A stretch of 64,000 nt of DNA from Thermodesulfobacteriota bacterium. GTDB taxonomy: Bacteria; Desulfobacterota_D; UBA1144. The stretch lies in NCBI GenBank assembly GCA_029246845.1, contig JAQWMJ010000040.1:32001-96000 (forward strand), in the 5' to 3' direction. A program made the position numbers and the translations under genes. This document shows positions 31,041 to 41,396 of this stretch, piece after piece (the stretch's first letter is position 1; the number at the start of each line of letters is the position of its first letter). Below the pieces are notes generated by a model. It was not told the DNA's origin and searched no databases. It saw only the letters and a list, made by a program, of their open reading frames with translations.

Positions 31041-32017
31041 TAGAATTTATGGACAAATCCCTGGGGCTTCAAATTACTAACCCTACCTCCTTTAATCAAC
31101 GAAAGGCTTGCAGACGAATCAACAGAACCTATTCTAAAAACTTTAAATTTATTTCTCTTACATAAATCTTCAAAGTGCCTAGCTCTTTTCTTTTTAATAG
31201 TAAATAATAATTCATAATCATCACCGCCATTCATAACGCTAGTGATTAATTTATTCTGGCTAACTGGGGGTAATATACAATCTGTTTTAGGTATGTCTTC
31301 CCACGTTAGTTTAGCGCCCCTTCTTGAAGAAATTGGGCCTAAAAGTCTTCTTAAATCTAAAGATAGTCCATCTGTAATATCAATCATTGAGGTTAGAAAT
31401 TCTAGCTGGCCCAAGAATAATCCCATCTCAACTTTAGCTCGTGGAGATTTGTACTTAGATATTATTAATTTTTCATTAAGAGTAAACCTTTTCTTTTCCT
31501 TTAGTAATTCCAAGCCCAAAGATGCATCACCAATATTTCCTGTTACATAAATCAAATCACCAACTCTACTACCATTCCTTTCCTTAAATCTATCATTTAA
31601 TACTTCACCAAAAACACTTACATCTAATGCAAGAGATTCGGACCTTGAAACATTCCCACCTATAAGATTCACATCATAATACTTACATCCATTTCTAAAA
31701 CCCTTGAACAATCTATCTATAAAAACTTTCGAAGTTTTTTTAGGTAAAAAAAGCGAGTTAGAGAAAAACCTAGGTTTTGCACCCATTGCACATAAATCAC
31801 TTAAAGCTACGGATAAAGCCCTAAATGCTAGCTGTTCTGGGGTCAAAAATCTAAGATCAAAATGAACACCTTCTACTTGGGAATCACAAGAGAAAACAAT
31901 TTTATCAGATTTAATTTTAAATACAGCAGCATCATCGCCTATTCCGGTTGGAAAGGAGGCAGACTTTAAAGGAAACTTTTTTTTAACTAGTTCTTCAATA
32001 TAAAATTCATCAAGCAT
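31040..32017 (-). CDS. thiL: Thiamine-monophosphate kinase
   Basis: GIGDDAA, EGVHF, SDLCAMGA, IDITDGL, GGDDYELLFT. Confidence 0.93.
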   Translation of the reverse strand: MLDEFYIEELVKKKFPLKSASFPTGIGDDAAVFKIKSDKIVFSCDSQVEGVHFDLRFLTPEQLAFRALSVALSDLCAMGAKPRFFSNSLFLPKKTSKVFIDRLFKGFRNGCKYYDVNLIGGNVSRSESLALDVSVFGEVLNDRFKERNGSRVGDLIYVTGNIGDASLGLELLKEKKRFTLNEKLIISKYKSPRAKVEMGLFLGQLEFLTSMIDITDGLSLDLRRLLGPISSRRGAKLTWEDIPKTDCILPPVSQNKLITSVMNGGDDYELLFTIKKKRARHFEDLCKRNKFKVFRIGSVDSSASLSLIKGGRVSNLKPQGFVHKF

Positions 32018-32065
32018 TTTTAAGTGTTAGAAAATGATAAATCAATTTTAAAGTTATTCAAATAG

Positions 32066-33184
32066 TTAATTTATATATAATGCTAACTTTTTAAAAAGCT
32101 CGTCTATAAATTCTTTCTTAGAATTAAATCCCATTATACCAAATCTCCACATGTAACCCTTAGTTGGACCCAAGCCGCCACCTATCTCAATATCATGATT
32201 AATTAACATTTTTGACCTTAGCTCTATATCATTAATTCCTTCTGGAATAATAACGGATTTCAGCATAGGAAGATCTTTAAATTTCTTTTGATTCACAAAA
32301 GGTTTAAGTCCTGCTTGATCCAGTAAGGCCAAAAAATATTTACTATTGGATTTATGTCTTTCAAATCTTTTTTCCAATCCTTCCTGTAAGCATATTGAAA
32401 GTCCTTCATTTAAAGCAAAAAGCATATTTACAGGAGCTGTATGGTGGTAAACTCTCTCCTCCCCCCAATAGTTAATCAGCATTTTTAGATCAAAATACCA
32501 GGAGCTATTCGAACTTTTCCTATTTTTAATCTTTAGCAGTGCTTTCTCGTTAAATGTTATTGGAGCTAGTCCAGGGGGAACACTTAGACATTTTTGACTC
32601 CCGGAAAAACAAGAATCGATTCCCCATTCATCTACTTTTAAACTTACCCCGGTTAACGAAGTTACAGCATCAACCAAAAAAATTATATCAGTGTTCTTTA
32701 GATGTTTTCCTATTAAGTCAATTTCTTGAAGCACTCCAGTAGATGTTTCAGCTTGAACAACGCTGACTAGTTTTAAATTGGGCATAGATTTAATCTTTTC
32801 TATAACTAATGATTGTTCAAAAGATTCTCCCCATTCGGCAGACATTGTTGAGACCCTTGCTTTAAGCCTATGTGCAAGATTCTCCATTCTACTTCCAAAT
32901 TCACCATTCTTTAAAATCAGAACTTCGTCATTTTCTTCAATTAAGTTTGTCATTGCCATCTCCATACCTGAACTACCTGTCCCGGATACAGCAAAAGTGA
33001 CCTTGTTGTTTGTTTGAAAAACACTTCTCAAAGAAGAAGATATGCTATCTAGAATTGAAAAAAAGTCTGGATCTAGGTGACTCAAAGGCTCCTTGGATAA
33101 AGCCAATTTTATTCTTCTGTCGATATTTGTAGGGCCAGGGCCCATTAAAAGTTTGCCATCAATTGTTTTTATATTATTTTTCAT
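32066..33184 (-). CDS. Alanine/serine--glyoxylate aminotransferase family (class V PLP)
   Basis: LLMGPGP, SGTGSSGME, ETSTGV, DAVTS, GSQKCLSVPPG, YHHTAP. Confidence 0.9.
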   Translation of the reverse strand: MKNNIKTIDGKLLMGPGPTNIDRRIKLALSKEPLSHLDPDFFSILDSISSSLRSVFQTNNKVTFAVSGTGSSGMEMAMTNLIEENDEVLILKNGEFGSRMENLAHRLKARVSTMSAEWGESFEQSLVIEKIKSMPNLKLVSVVQAETSTGVLQEIDLIGKHLKNTDIIFLVDAVTSLTGVSLKVDEWGIDSCFSGSQKCLSVPPGLAPITFNEKALLKIKNRKSSNSSWYFDLKMLINYWGEERVYHHTAPVNMLFALNEGLSICLQEGLEKRFERHKSNSKYFLALLDQAGLKPFVNQKKFKDLPMLKSVIIPEGINDIELRSKMLINHDIEIGGGLGPTKGYMWRFGIMGFNSKKEFIDELFKKLALYIN

Positions 33185-33229
33185 AATAGAATTATAATAA
33201 ATTTTTATAACTGTTGGTATAATAATGAT

Positions 33230-33919
33230 ATGAAAACTCTTTTTTTAGATTTTGATGAAGATAAGATTATTGCTTCGCTACCCGAGAGACTTCCTTTATT
33301 CCCACTTGATAACGTAGTCTTTTTTCCAAGCACGATACTGCCTCTTCATATTTTCGAGGAGAGATATAAGCAAATGATTCAAGATTCATCTGATAGTCAC
33401 AACCTAATTTGTATGACATTACTTAATTCCGAAATGGGTCAAGAAGATCCTGAATCACTTGCGAACACTGGCTGTATTGGTAGGATAATAAACAATGAAG
33501 AATCTGATGATGGGAAGAAGAATATAATACTTTATGGATTAAAAAGAATAGAGATCACAAAAGTTTTGTATGATAAGCCCTACAGAGAAGTCGAGATTAA
33601 AATAATAGAAACCTCTAGCTCAGATAACTCTGAGGCATTTAAGAAGAGGATTATTGATCTAACTAATAAGTGGAACTTGTTGTTGGATGGATATACAGAT
33701 GACTATAAAATTAAGATTGAGAATAGCTCTACACTTTCAAAAATTACAGACTCTCTTTCTTCCTCTATGGTTGCGAAAGCCTCAGATAGACAATTACTTC
33801 TCGAGGAATTTGATGAAAAAATAAGAGCTGAAAAGATTATTGAGGTTTTAGAATCAAGAATAGAAATCCTATCTGGGAAAATAGAAACTCCAGACAGTAA
33901 TTCAACTCTTATCAATTAG
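33230..33919 (+). CDS. Stand-alone LON peptidase substrate-binding domain protein
   Basis: LPLFPL..VVFFP...LPLHIFEERYKQM; no AAA+ or protease domain. Confidence 0.88.
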   Translation: MKTLFLDFDEDKIIASLPERLPLFPLDNVVFFPSTILPLHIFEERYKQMIQDSSDSHNLICMTLLNSEMGQEDPESLANTGCIGRIINNEESDDGKKNIILYGLKRIEITKVLYDKPYREVEIKIIETSSSDNSEAFKKRIIDLTNKWNLLLDGYTDDYKIKIENSSTLSKITDSLSSSMVAKASDRQLLLEEFDEKIRAEKIIEVLESRIEILSGKIETPDSNSTLIN

Positions 33920-34693
33920 AAATGCATATACTTCGGGATTAACTAATGCTTTATTTTCTTTCCAGAACCCATGCCCACCTGGAAAAGAAATAACTTGATT
34001 ATTAGTTAGATATCTAGACATTTCACAGGACTTTTCTGCGGGCACAATTAAATCATCCTTGCCGTATATTATCAAAGTATCTGACTTAATTTTTAAAAGA
34101 TAATCATTGTTGTCCAATTTACTTATTGCCTTACACTGATTCAAGTATCCTTCTATTTCTTTTTTTGAGTCACTAAACTTTGTTTTCTTATATTTCGAGA
34201 AATTTGCTTTAATGTAATCTCTAGAATATCCCAGAAGCATAGCATTAAACCAAATCTCTTTCATTCCTACTTTGGAAACTATTTTTTGAGATATATCAAT
34301 TATCTCTTGGTTTATTCTATCTCTAGAGGAGCAAGTACATGCTAAAACAAGCTTCTTAACTTTTTTACCATATTTTGCAGCAAAGACTTGGGCTATCATG
34401 CCGCCCATAGACTTCCCAACAACATGTGCATTTTCTATTTTTAGCTGCTCAAGGATTTCAAAGCAATTATCTGCATATATTTCCATAGTTAAAGGTTTGC
34501 CAACATTGCTGCTTTTACCAGATCCCAAATTGTCAAAAGCAATCATTGAGAAAGAATTTTTAAAGTATTCAAACTGATCGTCCCAGCTTGATATAGTACT
34601 ACCAAGACCTCCAATAAAAAAAATATAAGGCTTTCTCGGTTTATGCTTTACAACATAATTAATTTTCCCTAGTTTTGTATTGAGAATATTTAT
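33902..34693 (-). CDS. Alpha/beta hydrolase; probable non-canonical ATA start at 34693
   Basis: The frame stays open upstream of the tracked ATG and encodes GKINY...FFIGGLG...SW; also DNLGSGKS, GKSMGG nucleophile elbow, GKDD, GGH. Confidence 0.8.
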   Translation of the reverse strand: MNILNTKLGKINYVVKHKPRKPYIFFIGGLGSTISSWDDQFEYFKNSFSMIAFDNLGSGKSSNVGKPLTMEIYADNCFEILEQLKIENAHVVGKSMGGMIAQVFAAKYGKKVKKLVLACTCSSRDRINQEIIDISQKIVSKVGMKEIWFNAMLLGYSRDYIKANFSKYKKTKFSDSKKEIEGYLNQCKAISKLDNNDYLLKIKSDTLIIYGKDDLIVPAEKSCEMSRYLTNNQVISFPGGHGFWKENKALVNPEVYAFLIDKS

Positions 34694-35097
34694 CCTACAC
34701 TCCTCAAATAGTTATCAATAATAAGACAAGCCGCCAACATATCCTGAAAGCTTTTTCTTTTTTTCCTTGAAACATTCATTTTAATTAATATCTCATCTGC
34801 TTCTTTAGAGGTAAAATTTTCATTCCAATATTTAACTTCAATATTAATTAAATTCTTTAATTTTTTAGTAAAATTTTCTATGTCTGTTTGAATCTTCAGC
34901 CTACCATCGTCTTTAATTGGCAAACCAACTAAAACTAGCTCGGGAGTTCTTTCGTTTATTATTGAAACAATTTCTTTAAGGTATTCTTCTTTGCTATCAT
35001 TAAAGACAAGCTTTATTGGATGGCTGGCAATTCCTAAATCATCACTACCTGCAACACCAATTCTCTTTAATCCAAAATCAATTGCTAAAACGCCCAT
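34690..35097 (-). CDS. ruvX: YqgF/RuvX family pre-16S rRNA nuclease
   Basis: LAIDFGLKRIGVA, VGLP, WNENFTS, DMLAACLI. Confidence 0.9.
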   Translation of the reverse strand: MGVLAIDFGLKRIGVAGSDDLGIASHPIKLVFNDSKEEYLKEIVSIINERTPELVLVGLPIKDDGRLKIQTDIENFTKKLKNLINIEVKYWNENFTSKEADEILIKMNVSRKKRKSFQDMLAACLIIDNYLRSVG

Positions 35098-35127
35098 TTT
35101 TATAATCTATCATATAGTATTAAGAAT

Positions 35128-35676
35128 ATGGCTAATATTTTTTTTTATACCCTTACTGACAATATCTTTAATATTCTTCATATTCTTGCAATATTAATGA
35201 ATTGTTTTGGCTGGGCTTTCAGTAAAACCCTTAAATTGAACCTGTGGTTTTTACTTTTAACTATTTCAAGCTGGTCTATCTTGGGATTATTCTTTGGTAT
35301 AGGCTTTTGCTTTTTGACCGAGGTTCATTCTTTAGCTTTGGGTTTAATAGGAAGCCCAAGTATTAACTTTTCATATTTAGACTATTTATTACTCGTTAAA
35401 TTAAAAATTCCCATCTCCTCTAATGCAATATCTATATTAAGCATTTTAGCTGTATTTACATCTCTAGGAATATCAATTAAAAAAAATCTGATCCCAGTAA
35501 GTAGCAAATTTACTCTGCTTTTATTGATTTGTTGCTTGGGCTGGATTCTTATAATTTACTTCAAAGGAATTGGCTTCATTCATCGTTGGGATAATATTTA
35601 TATTTCATCAATATTGATTGCTTCATATACTCTAATTGGAAACATTTTTTTTCGCTTTATACGAAAAGATTTCTAA
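35128..35676 (+). CDS. Membrane protein, DUF2784-like, with C-terminal TM extension
   Basis: LH...NCFGW...LT..SW..LG...G.GFCFLTEVH pattern; highly hydrophobic. Confidence 0.6.
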   Translation: MANIFFYTLTDNIFNILHILAILMNCFGWAFSKTLKLNLWFLLLTISSWSILGLFFGIGFCFLTEVHSLALGLIGSPSINFSYLDYLLLVKLKIPISSNAISILSILAVFTSLGISIKKNLIPVSSKFTLLLLICCLGWILIIYFKGIGFIHRWDNIYISSILIASYTLIGNIFFRFIRKDF

Positions 35677-35709
35677 AGTAACGAACCTAATATACTATAT
35701 ATTAAAGTT

Positions 35710-37077
35710 ATGGATATAATTACAAGATTCGCACCAAGTCCTACAGGTTCTCTTCATCTGGGGGCAGTTAGAACTGCCATTTTTAATTTTCTTTTTACAA
35801 AAAAAAATAAAGGTAAATTCATCCTTAGAATTGAAGACACTGACCAAGAAAGATCATCTAATGATTCGTTAGATGAAATTCTCAAATCTCTTAATTGGCT
35901 AGGAGTGGATTATGATGATGGACCTTATATTCAGTCTAATAGATTGGCTGTATATAAAGAAATTGCACAAGACCTAGTTGATAAAAATCTTGCATATAAA
36001 TGCTTTATGAAGAATCAAGAGATTGAAGAGTTAAAGAACCAGGCTGCAAAAGAAAAAAAGATATATAGATATCCTAGAACATGGAGAGATAGAACTGATC
36101 ATCCAGATAATGATGAATATGTAATAAGATTTAAAACTCCAGATAATCAGAATATCGAATTTATCGATACATTAAGAGGGATAATTAGTATTAATTCCAA
36201 TAATCTTGATGATTTTATAATATTAAGAAGTGATGGATACCCTACATATAATTTTTCAACTGTAATAGATGATGCAGAAATGGGCATAACTAATGTTATT
36301 AGAGGTGAAGACCACCTGTCCAATACATCAAAACAAACTCTGATTTTTAAGTCATTAGACAAGGAGCCTCCGCTGTTTACTCATGTTTCAATGATATTAG
36401 GAAAAGATAAAACAAAACTAAGCAAGAGGAATGGATCAAAGTCTATTGAGGATTTTAAAGATGAAGGGATATTGCCAATAGCAATCTTAAATTATTTAGC
36501 ACGTTTAGGATGGTCACATGGCGATCAGGAAATCTTTACCTTAGATGAGATGATTAATTTGTTTGACATAAGTAATCTCACTAAATCTCCCGCCATATTT
36601 GATGAGAATAAGTTGAAATGGGTAAATGCTCAACACTTAAAAAGACTAAGTAACGACGATGTACTAAAAATTATTGAAATAGATTTCTATAAAGGAATCA
36701 ATGTAGAACTAGCCTTGAGTGCTGCTAAAGAAAAGGTAAAAGACACTATAACACTCAATCAATCATTAAAATTTTGTGAATCAGAACTAATAAATATAAG
36801 TGATGAGTATAAAGAAGACCTTAAGGCAGAAGGCACTAAGGAACTAATTGAAGCATTTCATACTGATGCTTTAAATTTAAATTCTTTTGACATAAACGAA
36901 ATAAAGAAATGCATGGATAATTTTCTTGAAAAAAGAAACCTAAAAATGAAGCAAGTTGCTTTACCGCTAAGAATTATTCTCACGGGATCTAAAGTTTCAC
37001 CGGGTATTTTTGAAGTAATTTGCATATTAGGTAAAGAAATTTTTTCAAAAAGAATTAGGTATTATCTAGAATCATGA
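35710..37077 (+). CDS. gltX: Glutamate--tRNA ligase
   Basis: TRFAPSPTG.LHLG, LRIEDTD, IRGEDHL, KLSKR. Confidence 0.97.
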   Translation: MDIITRFAPSPTGSLHLGAVRTAIFNFLFTKKNKGKFILRIEDTDQERSSNDSLDEILKSLNWLGVDYDDGPYIQSNRLAVYKEIAQDLVDKNLAYKCFMKNQEIEELKNQAAKEKKIYRYPRTWRDRTDHPDNDEYVIRFKTPDNQNIEFIDTLRGIISINSNNLDDFIILRSDGYPTYNFSTVIDDAEMGITNVIRGEDHLSNTSKQTLIFKSLDKEPPLFTHVSMILGKDKTKLSKRNGSKSIEDFKDEGILPIAILNYLARLGWSHGDQEIFTLDEMINLFDISNLTKSPAIFDENKLKWVNAQHLKRLSNDDVLKIIEIDFYKGINVELALSAAKEKVKDTITLNQSLKFCESELINISDEYKEDLKAEGTKELIEAFHTDALNLNSFDINEIKKCMDNFLEKRNLKMKQVALPLRIILTGSKVSPGIFEVICILGKEIFSKRIRYYLES

Positions 37078-37685
37078 AGAGGCAAACTTTAACTACTGTT
37101 GGAATTACTGGACTTATGGGATCTGGGAAATCAACTGCGCTTAATTTTTACAAAGGAAAAGGAATCCAAACCTACGACTTAGATATTGAAGCAAAAAAGC
37201 TACTAAAAAAAGATACGAGATGTTATCAGCAAATTATTAAAATTTTTGGAAATGAAATATTAAATGCCAATCAAACAATTAACAGAAAAAGACTAAGAAG
37301 AATTGTATTTAATAACAAAAAGCGGAGGGAAATATTAAACTCTATAGTTCACCCAGAATTAGGAAATCAAATCTCCACACTTTGTAATAAGCTAGAAAAA
37401 AGAGGTGAGAAAATAATATTCCTTGAAGGTGCCTTAATTACTAAACAAAGTAAGATTGGATCCTCGCTAAATTATATTATATATATTGATGCCCCAAAAA
37501 AGGTATTGAACTTAAGAATTCTAAAAAGAGATGGTATTGAAGCAAAAGAGGCAGAAAAGCTATTATTAATGCAAAAAATAATAGAAAAAAATCGTAAATA
37601 TGCCGATTTTACAATAAGAAACAACTCCAGTGTAAAAGAATTTAATTACCAATTAAATTTGGTACTGGATAAATTGGTCTATTAG
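37074..37685 (+). CDS. coaE: Dephospho-CoA kinase
   Basis: VGITGLMGSGKST, LNSIVHP, RDG. Confidence 0.92.
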   Translation: MKRQTLTTVGITGLMGSGKSTALNFYKGKGIQTYDLDIEAKKLLKKDTRCYQQIIKIFGNEILNANQTINRKRLRRIVFNNKKRREILNSIVHPELGNQISTLCNKLEKRGEKIIFLEGALITKQSKIGSSLNYIIYIDAPKKVLNLRILKRDGIEAKEAEKLLLMQKIIEKNRKYADFTIRNNSSVKEFNYQLNLVLDKLVY

Positions 37686-37781
37686 ATTATATTTTATTAC
37701 TTAATTACTAAATTTTTTATTAATAAGATTTGAAATATTTATATTAATTAAGTAGGCAATATTATTTTCGTGAGGTTTTAA

Positions 37782-39344
37782 ATGAGCATTGATCAAACAA
37801 TGGACCAAAAAATCAAATTTCTTGAAGAAAAGATTGCTTCAGCCGAGGAAGCAGGTGGGAAAGATCGGGTCGACAAGCAACATGGTAGAGGAAAGCTAAC
37901 CGCCAGAGAAAGAATAGACTTCATGTTAGATAATGACTCCTTCGTGGAACTTGATAAGTTTGTTGAACACCAAAATCACAATTTTGGTATGGAAAAAACA
38001 AAGTTTTTAGGTGATGGTGTTATTACAGGATATGGAAAGATAGACGGCAGGCAAGTTTTTGTTTATGCACAAGATTTTACAATCTTTGGTGGAGCACTTG
38101 GACTAGCTCATGCAAGAAAAATAACAAAGATAATGGATATGGCTGTCCAGGTTGGATGTCCTGTGATTGGACTAAGTGACTCGGGTGGAGCAAGGATTCA
38201 AGAAGGTGTCCGTGGGCTTGCGGGATATGCCGAGATATTTCTAAGAAATGTGCAAGCATCTGGTGTTGTTCCTCAACTTTCAGCAATAATGGGACCTAGT
38301 GCGGGTGGTGCAGTTTATTCACCAGCTATGACTGATTTTATAGCAATGGTAAAAAATACAAGCTATATGTTTATAACTGGACCCGATGTAGTTAAATCAG
38401 TTACAAACGAAGAAGTAACACAAGAAGAGCTTGGTGGTGCAGAAATGCACTCAAGTCAGAGTGGTGTAGCTCAGTTTGCTGCCGAAAACGATGAAGATTG
38501 CCTTAAATTATTAAGAGAATTATTCACCTTCTTGCCCCTTAACAATATGGAAGATCCTCCTGTGCTGAAAAATGATGACCCTATAAACAGAAAAACAGAT
38601 AAATTAAGAGATATTGTACCGACCAACCCTAACAAACCTTATGATATCAAAGAAGTCATTAGTACAATCGTTGATAATGAGTATTTCTTTGAAGTTGCCG
38701 AAAATTATGCACCAAATATAGTAGTGGGGTTTGCTAGATTAAATGGAAAGACTGTTGGTGTAGTTGGAAATCAACCTAATGTCTTAGCAGGAGTTTTGGA
38801 TATTAAATCTTCTATAAAAGGTGCAAGATTCGTGAGATTCTGCGATTGCTTCAATATTCCTTTGCTAACACTAGTAGACGTCCCTGGATTTCTTCCTGGG
38901 GTAGATCAAGAATTAAATGGGATTATTCTTCATGGTGCCAAGCTACTTTACGCTTACTGTGAAGCCACTGTTCCAAGAGTCACTGTGATTACAAGGAAAG
39001 CATATGGGGGAGCATACGATGTTATGTCATCCAAACATTTAAGAGGAGATATTAACTTAGCGTTTCCAACCGCGGAGATTGCAGTTATGGGACCTGATGG
39101 GGCAGTAAACATTGTAAACAGAAAAGAAATACAGAATGCAGATGACCCTGTGGCAGAAAAAGCAAAACTTGTCGAAGAATATAAAGAGCTTTTTGCAAAT
39201 CCATACAGAGCAGCAAACTTGGGTTATATAGATGAAGTATTAAAGCCTGAGGATACTAGAATAAGAGTTATTAGATCTTTTGAAATGCTCGAAGGTAAAA
39301 GACAAAATAATCCACCAAAAAAACATGGGCTAATTCCTTTATAG
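37782..39344 (+). CDS. pccB: Acyl-CoA (probably propionyl-CoA) carboxylase carboxyltransferase subunit
   Basis: [47 protein letters not shown]. Confidence 0.88.
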   Translation: MSIDQTMDQKIKFLEEKIASAEEAGGKDRVDKQHGRGKLTARERIDFMLDNDSFVELDKFVEHQNHNFGMEKTKFLGDGVITGYGKIDGRQVFVYAQDFTIFGGALGLAHARKITKIMDMAVQVGCPVIGLSDSGGARIQEGVRGLAGYAEIFLRNVQASGVVPQLSAIMGPSAGGAVYSPAMTDFIAMVKNTSYMFITGPDVVKSVTNEEVTQEELGGAEMHSSQSGVAQFAAENDEDCLKLLRELFTFLPLNNMEDPPVLKNDDPINRKTDKLRDIVPTNPNKPYDIKEVISTIVDNEYFFEVAENYAPNIVVGFARLNGKTVGVVGNQPNVLAGVLDIKSSIKGARFVRFCDCFNIPLLTLVDVPGFLPGVDQELNGIILHGAKLLYAYCEATVPRVTVITRKAYGGAYDVMSSKHLRGDINLAFPTAEIAVMGPDGAVNIVNRKEIQNADDPVAEKAKLVEEYKELFANPYRAANLGYIDEVLKPEDTRIRVIRSFEMLEGKRQNNPPKKHGLIPL

Positions 39345-39366
39345 GTTTTCTCTGGAGATTAATTTT

Positions 39367-40863
39367 ATGTATAAAAAGATTTTAATTGCTAATCGTGGAG
39401 AAATTGCTGTAAGAATAATAAGAGCGGCAAAAGAACTTGGAATAAAAACAGTCGCTGTTTATTCCGACGCTGATAAGAATTCACTACATGTAAACTTAGC
39501 AGATCAGGCATACAATATAGGTAAGTCTCTTCCAAGTCAGAGCTACCTCGTGGCTAAAAAAATAATTTCAGTAGCTAAGAAAGCAAAGTGTGATGGTGTT
39601 CATCCGGGATACGGTTTCTTATCTGAAAATGCAGAATTTGCTGAAGAATGTATTAAGAATAAAATTGATTTCATTGGACCAAGCGCGGAAGCTATTAGGT
39701 TAATGGGTGACAAGATAACATCAAGGGAAATTGCCAAAACTGCAAAAGTACCGTTAGTTCCTGGAACTGATGGTGAGGTTAATGATGATGAAGCTTTAGG
39801 AATTGCGAAAAAAATTGGCTTTCCATTAATGATAAAAGCATCTGCGGGTGGTGGTGGAAAGGGAATGAGGTTAGTTCACGAAGAGTCTGAATTCGAAAAC
39901 TCTCTTAAGATGGCAAAGAGTGAAGCTAAAAATGCTTTTAACAATGATGCTGTTTTTATTGAAAGGTTTGTTCAAGAACCAAGACATATTGAGATACAAA
40001 TTCTTGGAGACAAAAAAGGTAATGTTGTGCATCTTTTTGAAAGAGAGTGCTCAATACAAAGAAGACATCAAAAGGTTGTCGAAGAGGCACCCTCTCCTGG
40101 TGTAAGTGAGAAAACTAGAAAGAAAATGGGTGAAATTGCTGTACAGCTTGCTAAAAAAGTTTCATATTCCGGGGCAGGTACCGTTGAGTTTATAATGGAT
40201 CAAAAAGAAAACTTTTATTTTCTAGAAATGAACACCAGAGTTCAAGTTGAACACCCTATAACGGAAATGATCACTGGCATAGATATAGTTAAAGAAATGA
40301 TTAAGGTTTCCTATGGACATGAATTGAGTTTTAAACAAAAAGATATAGTAAGAAAAGGTCATGCTATAGAATGTAGAGTGTGTGCTGAGGACCCTGACAA
40401 CAATTTCCTTCCTACACCTGGAACAATCTTTTATGTTAAACCACCTCAAGGTCCTGGTGTAAGAGATGATTCTTCACTTTTTAATGGATATAAAGTTACT
40501 ACTTTTTATGACCCAATGCTTTCCAAACTTATAGTGTGGTCAGAAGATAGAGATAGTGCAATAAAAAGAATGTCCAGAGCACTCTCTGAATATATTGTCT
40601 TGGGAGTTAAAACAAACCTTGGATTTCTTGTAAGATTAATGGATGATAAGGATTTTATTTCTGGTAAATTAGATACAGGTTTTATAGAAAAACATAAGAA
40701 ACTTTTAAAGATTCCAAAAGAAAATTCCAATATAGCTACTGTTGCATCCGCAATAATGCTCCATGCGGGAATAGGAGTTGAAAATCTAGAGAGGGATCCT
40801 AGATTTACTCCATGGAAATATATAGCAAGGAGAGCAAGCGTTTCTAGAAACTCTATGTTCTAG
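39367..40863 (+). CDS. accC: Biotin carboxylase subunit of acyl-CoA carboxylase
   Basis: ANRGEIA, HPGYGFLSEN, GGGGKGMR, ERECSIQRRHQK, EMNTRVQVEH. Confidence 0.9.
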   Translation: MYKKILIANRGEIAVRIIRAAKELGIKTVAVYSDADKNSLHVNLADQAYNIGKSLPSQSYLVAKKIISVAKKAKCDGVHPGYGFLSENAEFAEECIKNKIDFIGPSAEAIRLMGDKITSREIAKTAKVPLVPGTDGEVNDDEALGIAKKIGFPLMIKASAGGGGKGMRLVHEESEFENSLKMAKSEAKNAFNNDAVFIERFVQEPRHIEIQILGDKKGNVVHLFERECSIQRRHQKVVEEAPSPGVSEKTRKKMGEIAVQLAKKVSYSGAGTVEFIMDQKENFYFLEMNTRVQVEHPITEMITGIDIVKEMIKVSYGHELSFKQKDIVRKGHAIECRVCAEDPDNNFLPTPGTIFYVKPPQGPGVRDDSSLFNGYKVTTFYDPMLSKLIVWSEDRDSAIKRMSRALSEYIVLGVKTNLGFLVRLMDDKDFISGKLDTGFIEKHKKLLKIPKENSNIATVASAIMLHAGIGVENLERDPRFTPWKYIARRASVSRNSMF

Positions 40864-40880
40864 AAAGCAGTATAGTTATA

Positions 40881-41381
40881 ATGAAATATGATTTAAAAAT
40901 TAATAAAAAAATAGTTTCTTTTGAATTAGTAGAAAAAGATAATAACTACAAGATACTACTAGATGAAAAAAAATACTCTGCAGAATTAGTAAAAATTGAT
41001 TCAAACCTATACTCTTTAATGTGCGATGGTTCTACTTATACTATTGCAATACAAAAAGAGGGAAAAAGAATTGACTTATTCTTTAGGGGAGATTTATTTA
41101 GCTATGAGATCCCATCACAAAGAGATAAGGGCGGGACTGAGAATACATCAGGAATCGATAAAATTTCAGCTCCAATGCCAGGAAGAGTAGTAAAGCTCCT
41201 CAAGGAAACAGGTGACATGGTCTCGGAGGGTGAGGGTGTTGTTGTTGTAGAAGCAATGAAAATGGAAAGCGAACTTAAGACAACAATAGATGGAAAAATA
41301 ACTGATATTAGCGTCAAGGAAGGGGATACTCTTGACTTAGGTGCTCACATATTAACAGTTGAATCACAAGATAAAAAATAA
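40881..41381 (+). CDS. Biotin carboxyl carrier protein
   Basis: APMPG...EAMKME biotinylation motif. Confidence 0.92.
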   Translation: MKYDLKINKKIVSFELVEKDNNYKILLDEKKYSAELVKIDSNLYSLMCDGSTYTIAIQKEGKRIDLFFRGDLFSYEIPSQRDKGGTENTSGIDKISAPMPGRVVKLLKETGDMVSEGEGVVVVEAMKMESELKTTIDGKITDISVKEGDTLDLGAHILTVESQDKK

Positions 41382-41396
41382 TATTATTACTCTATA

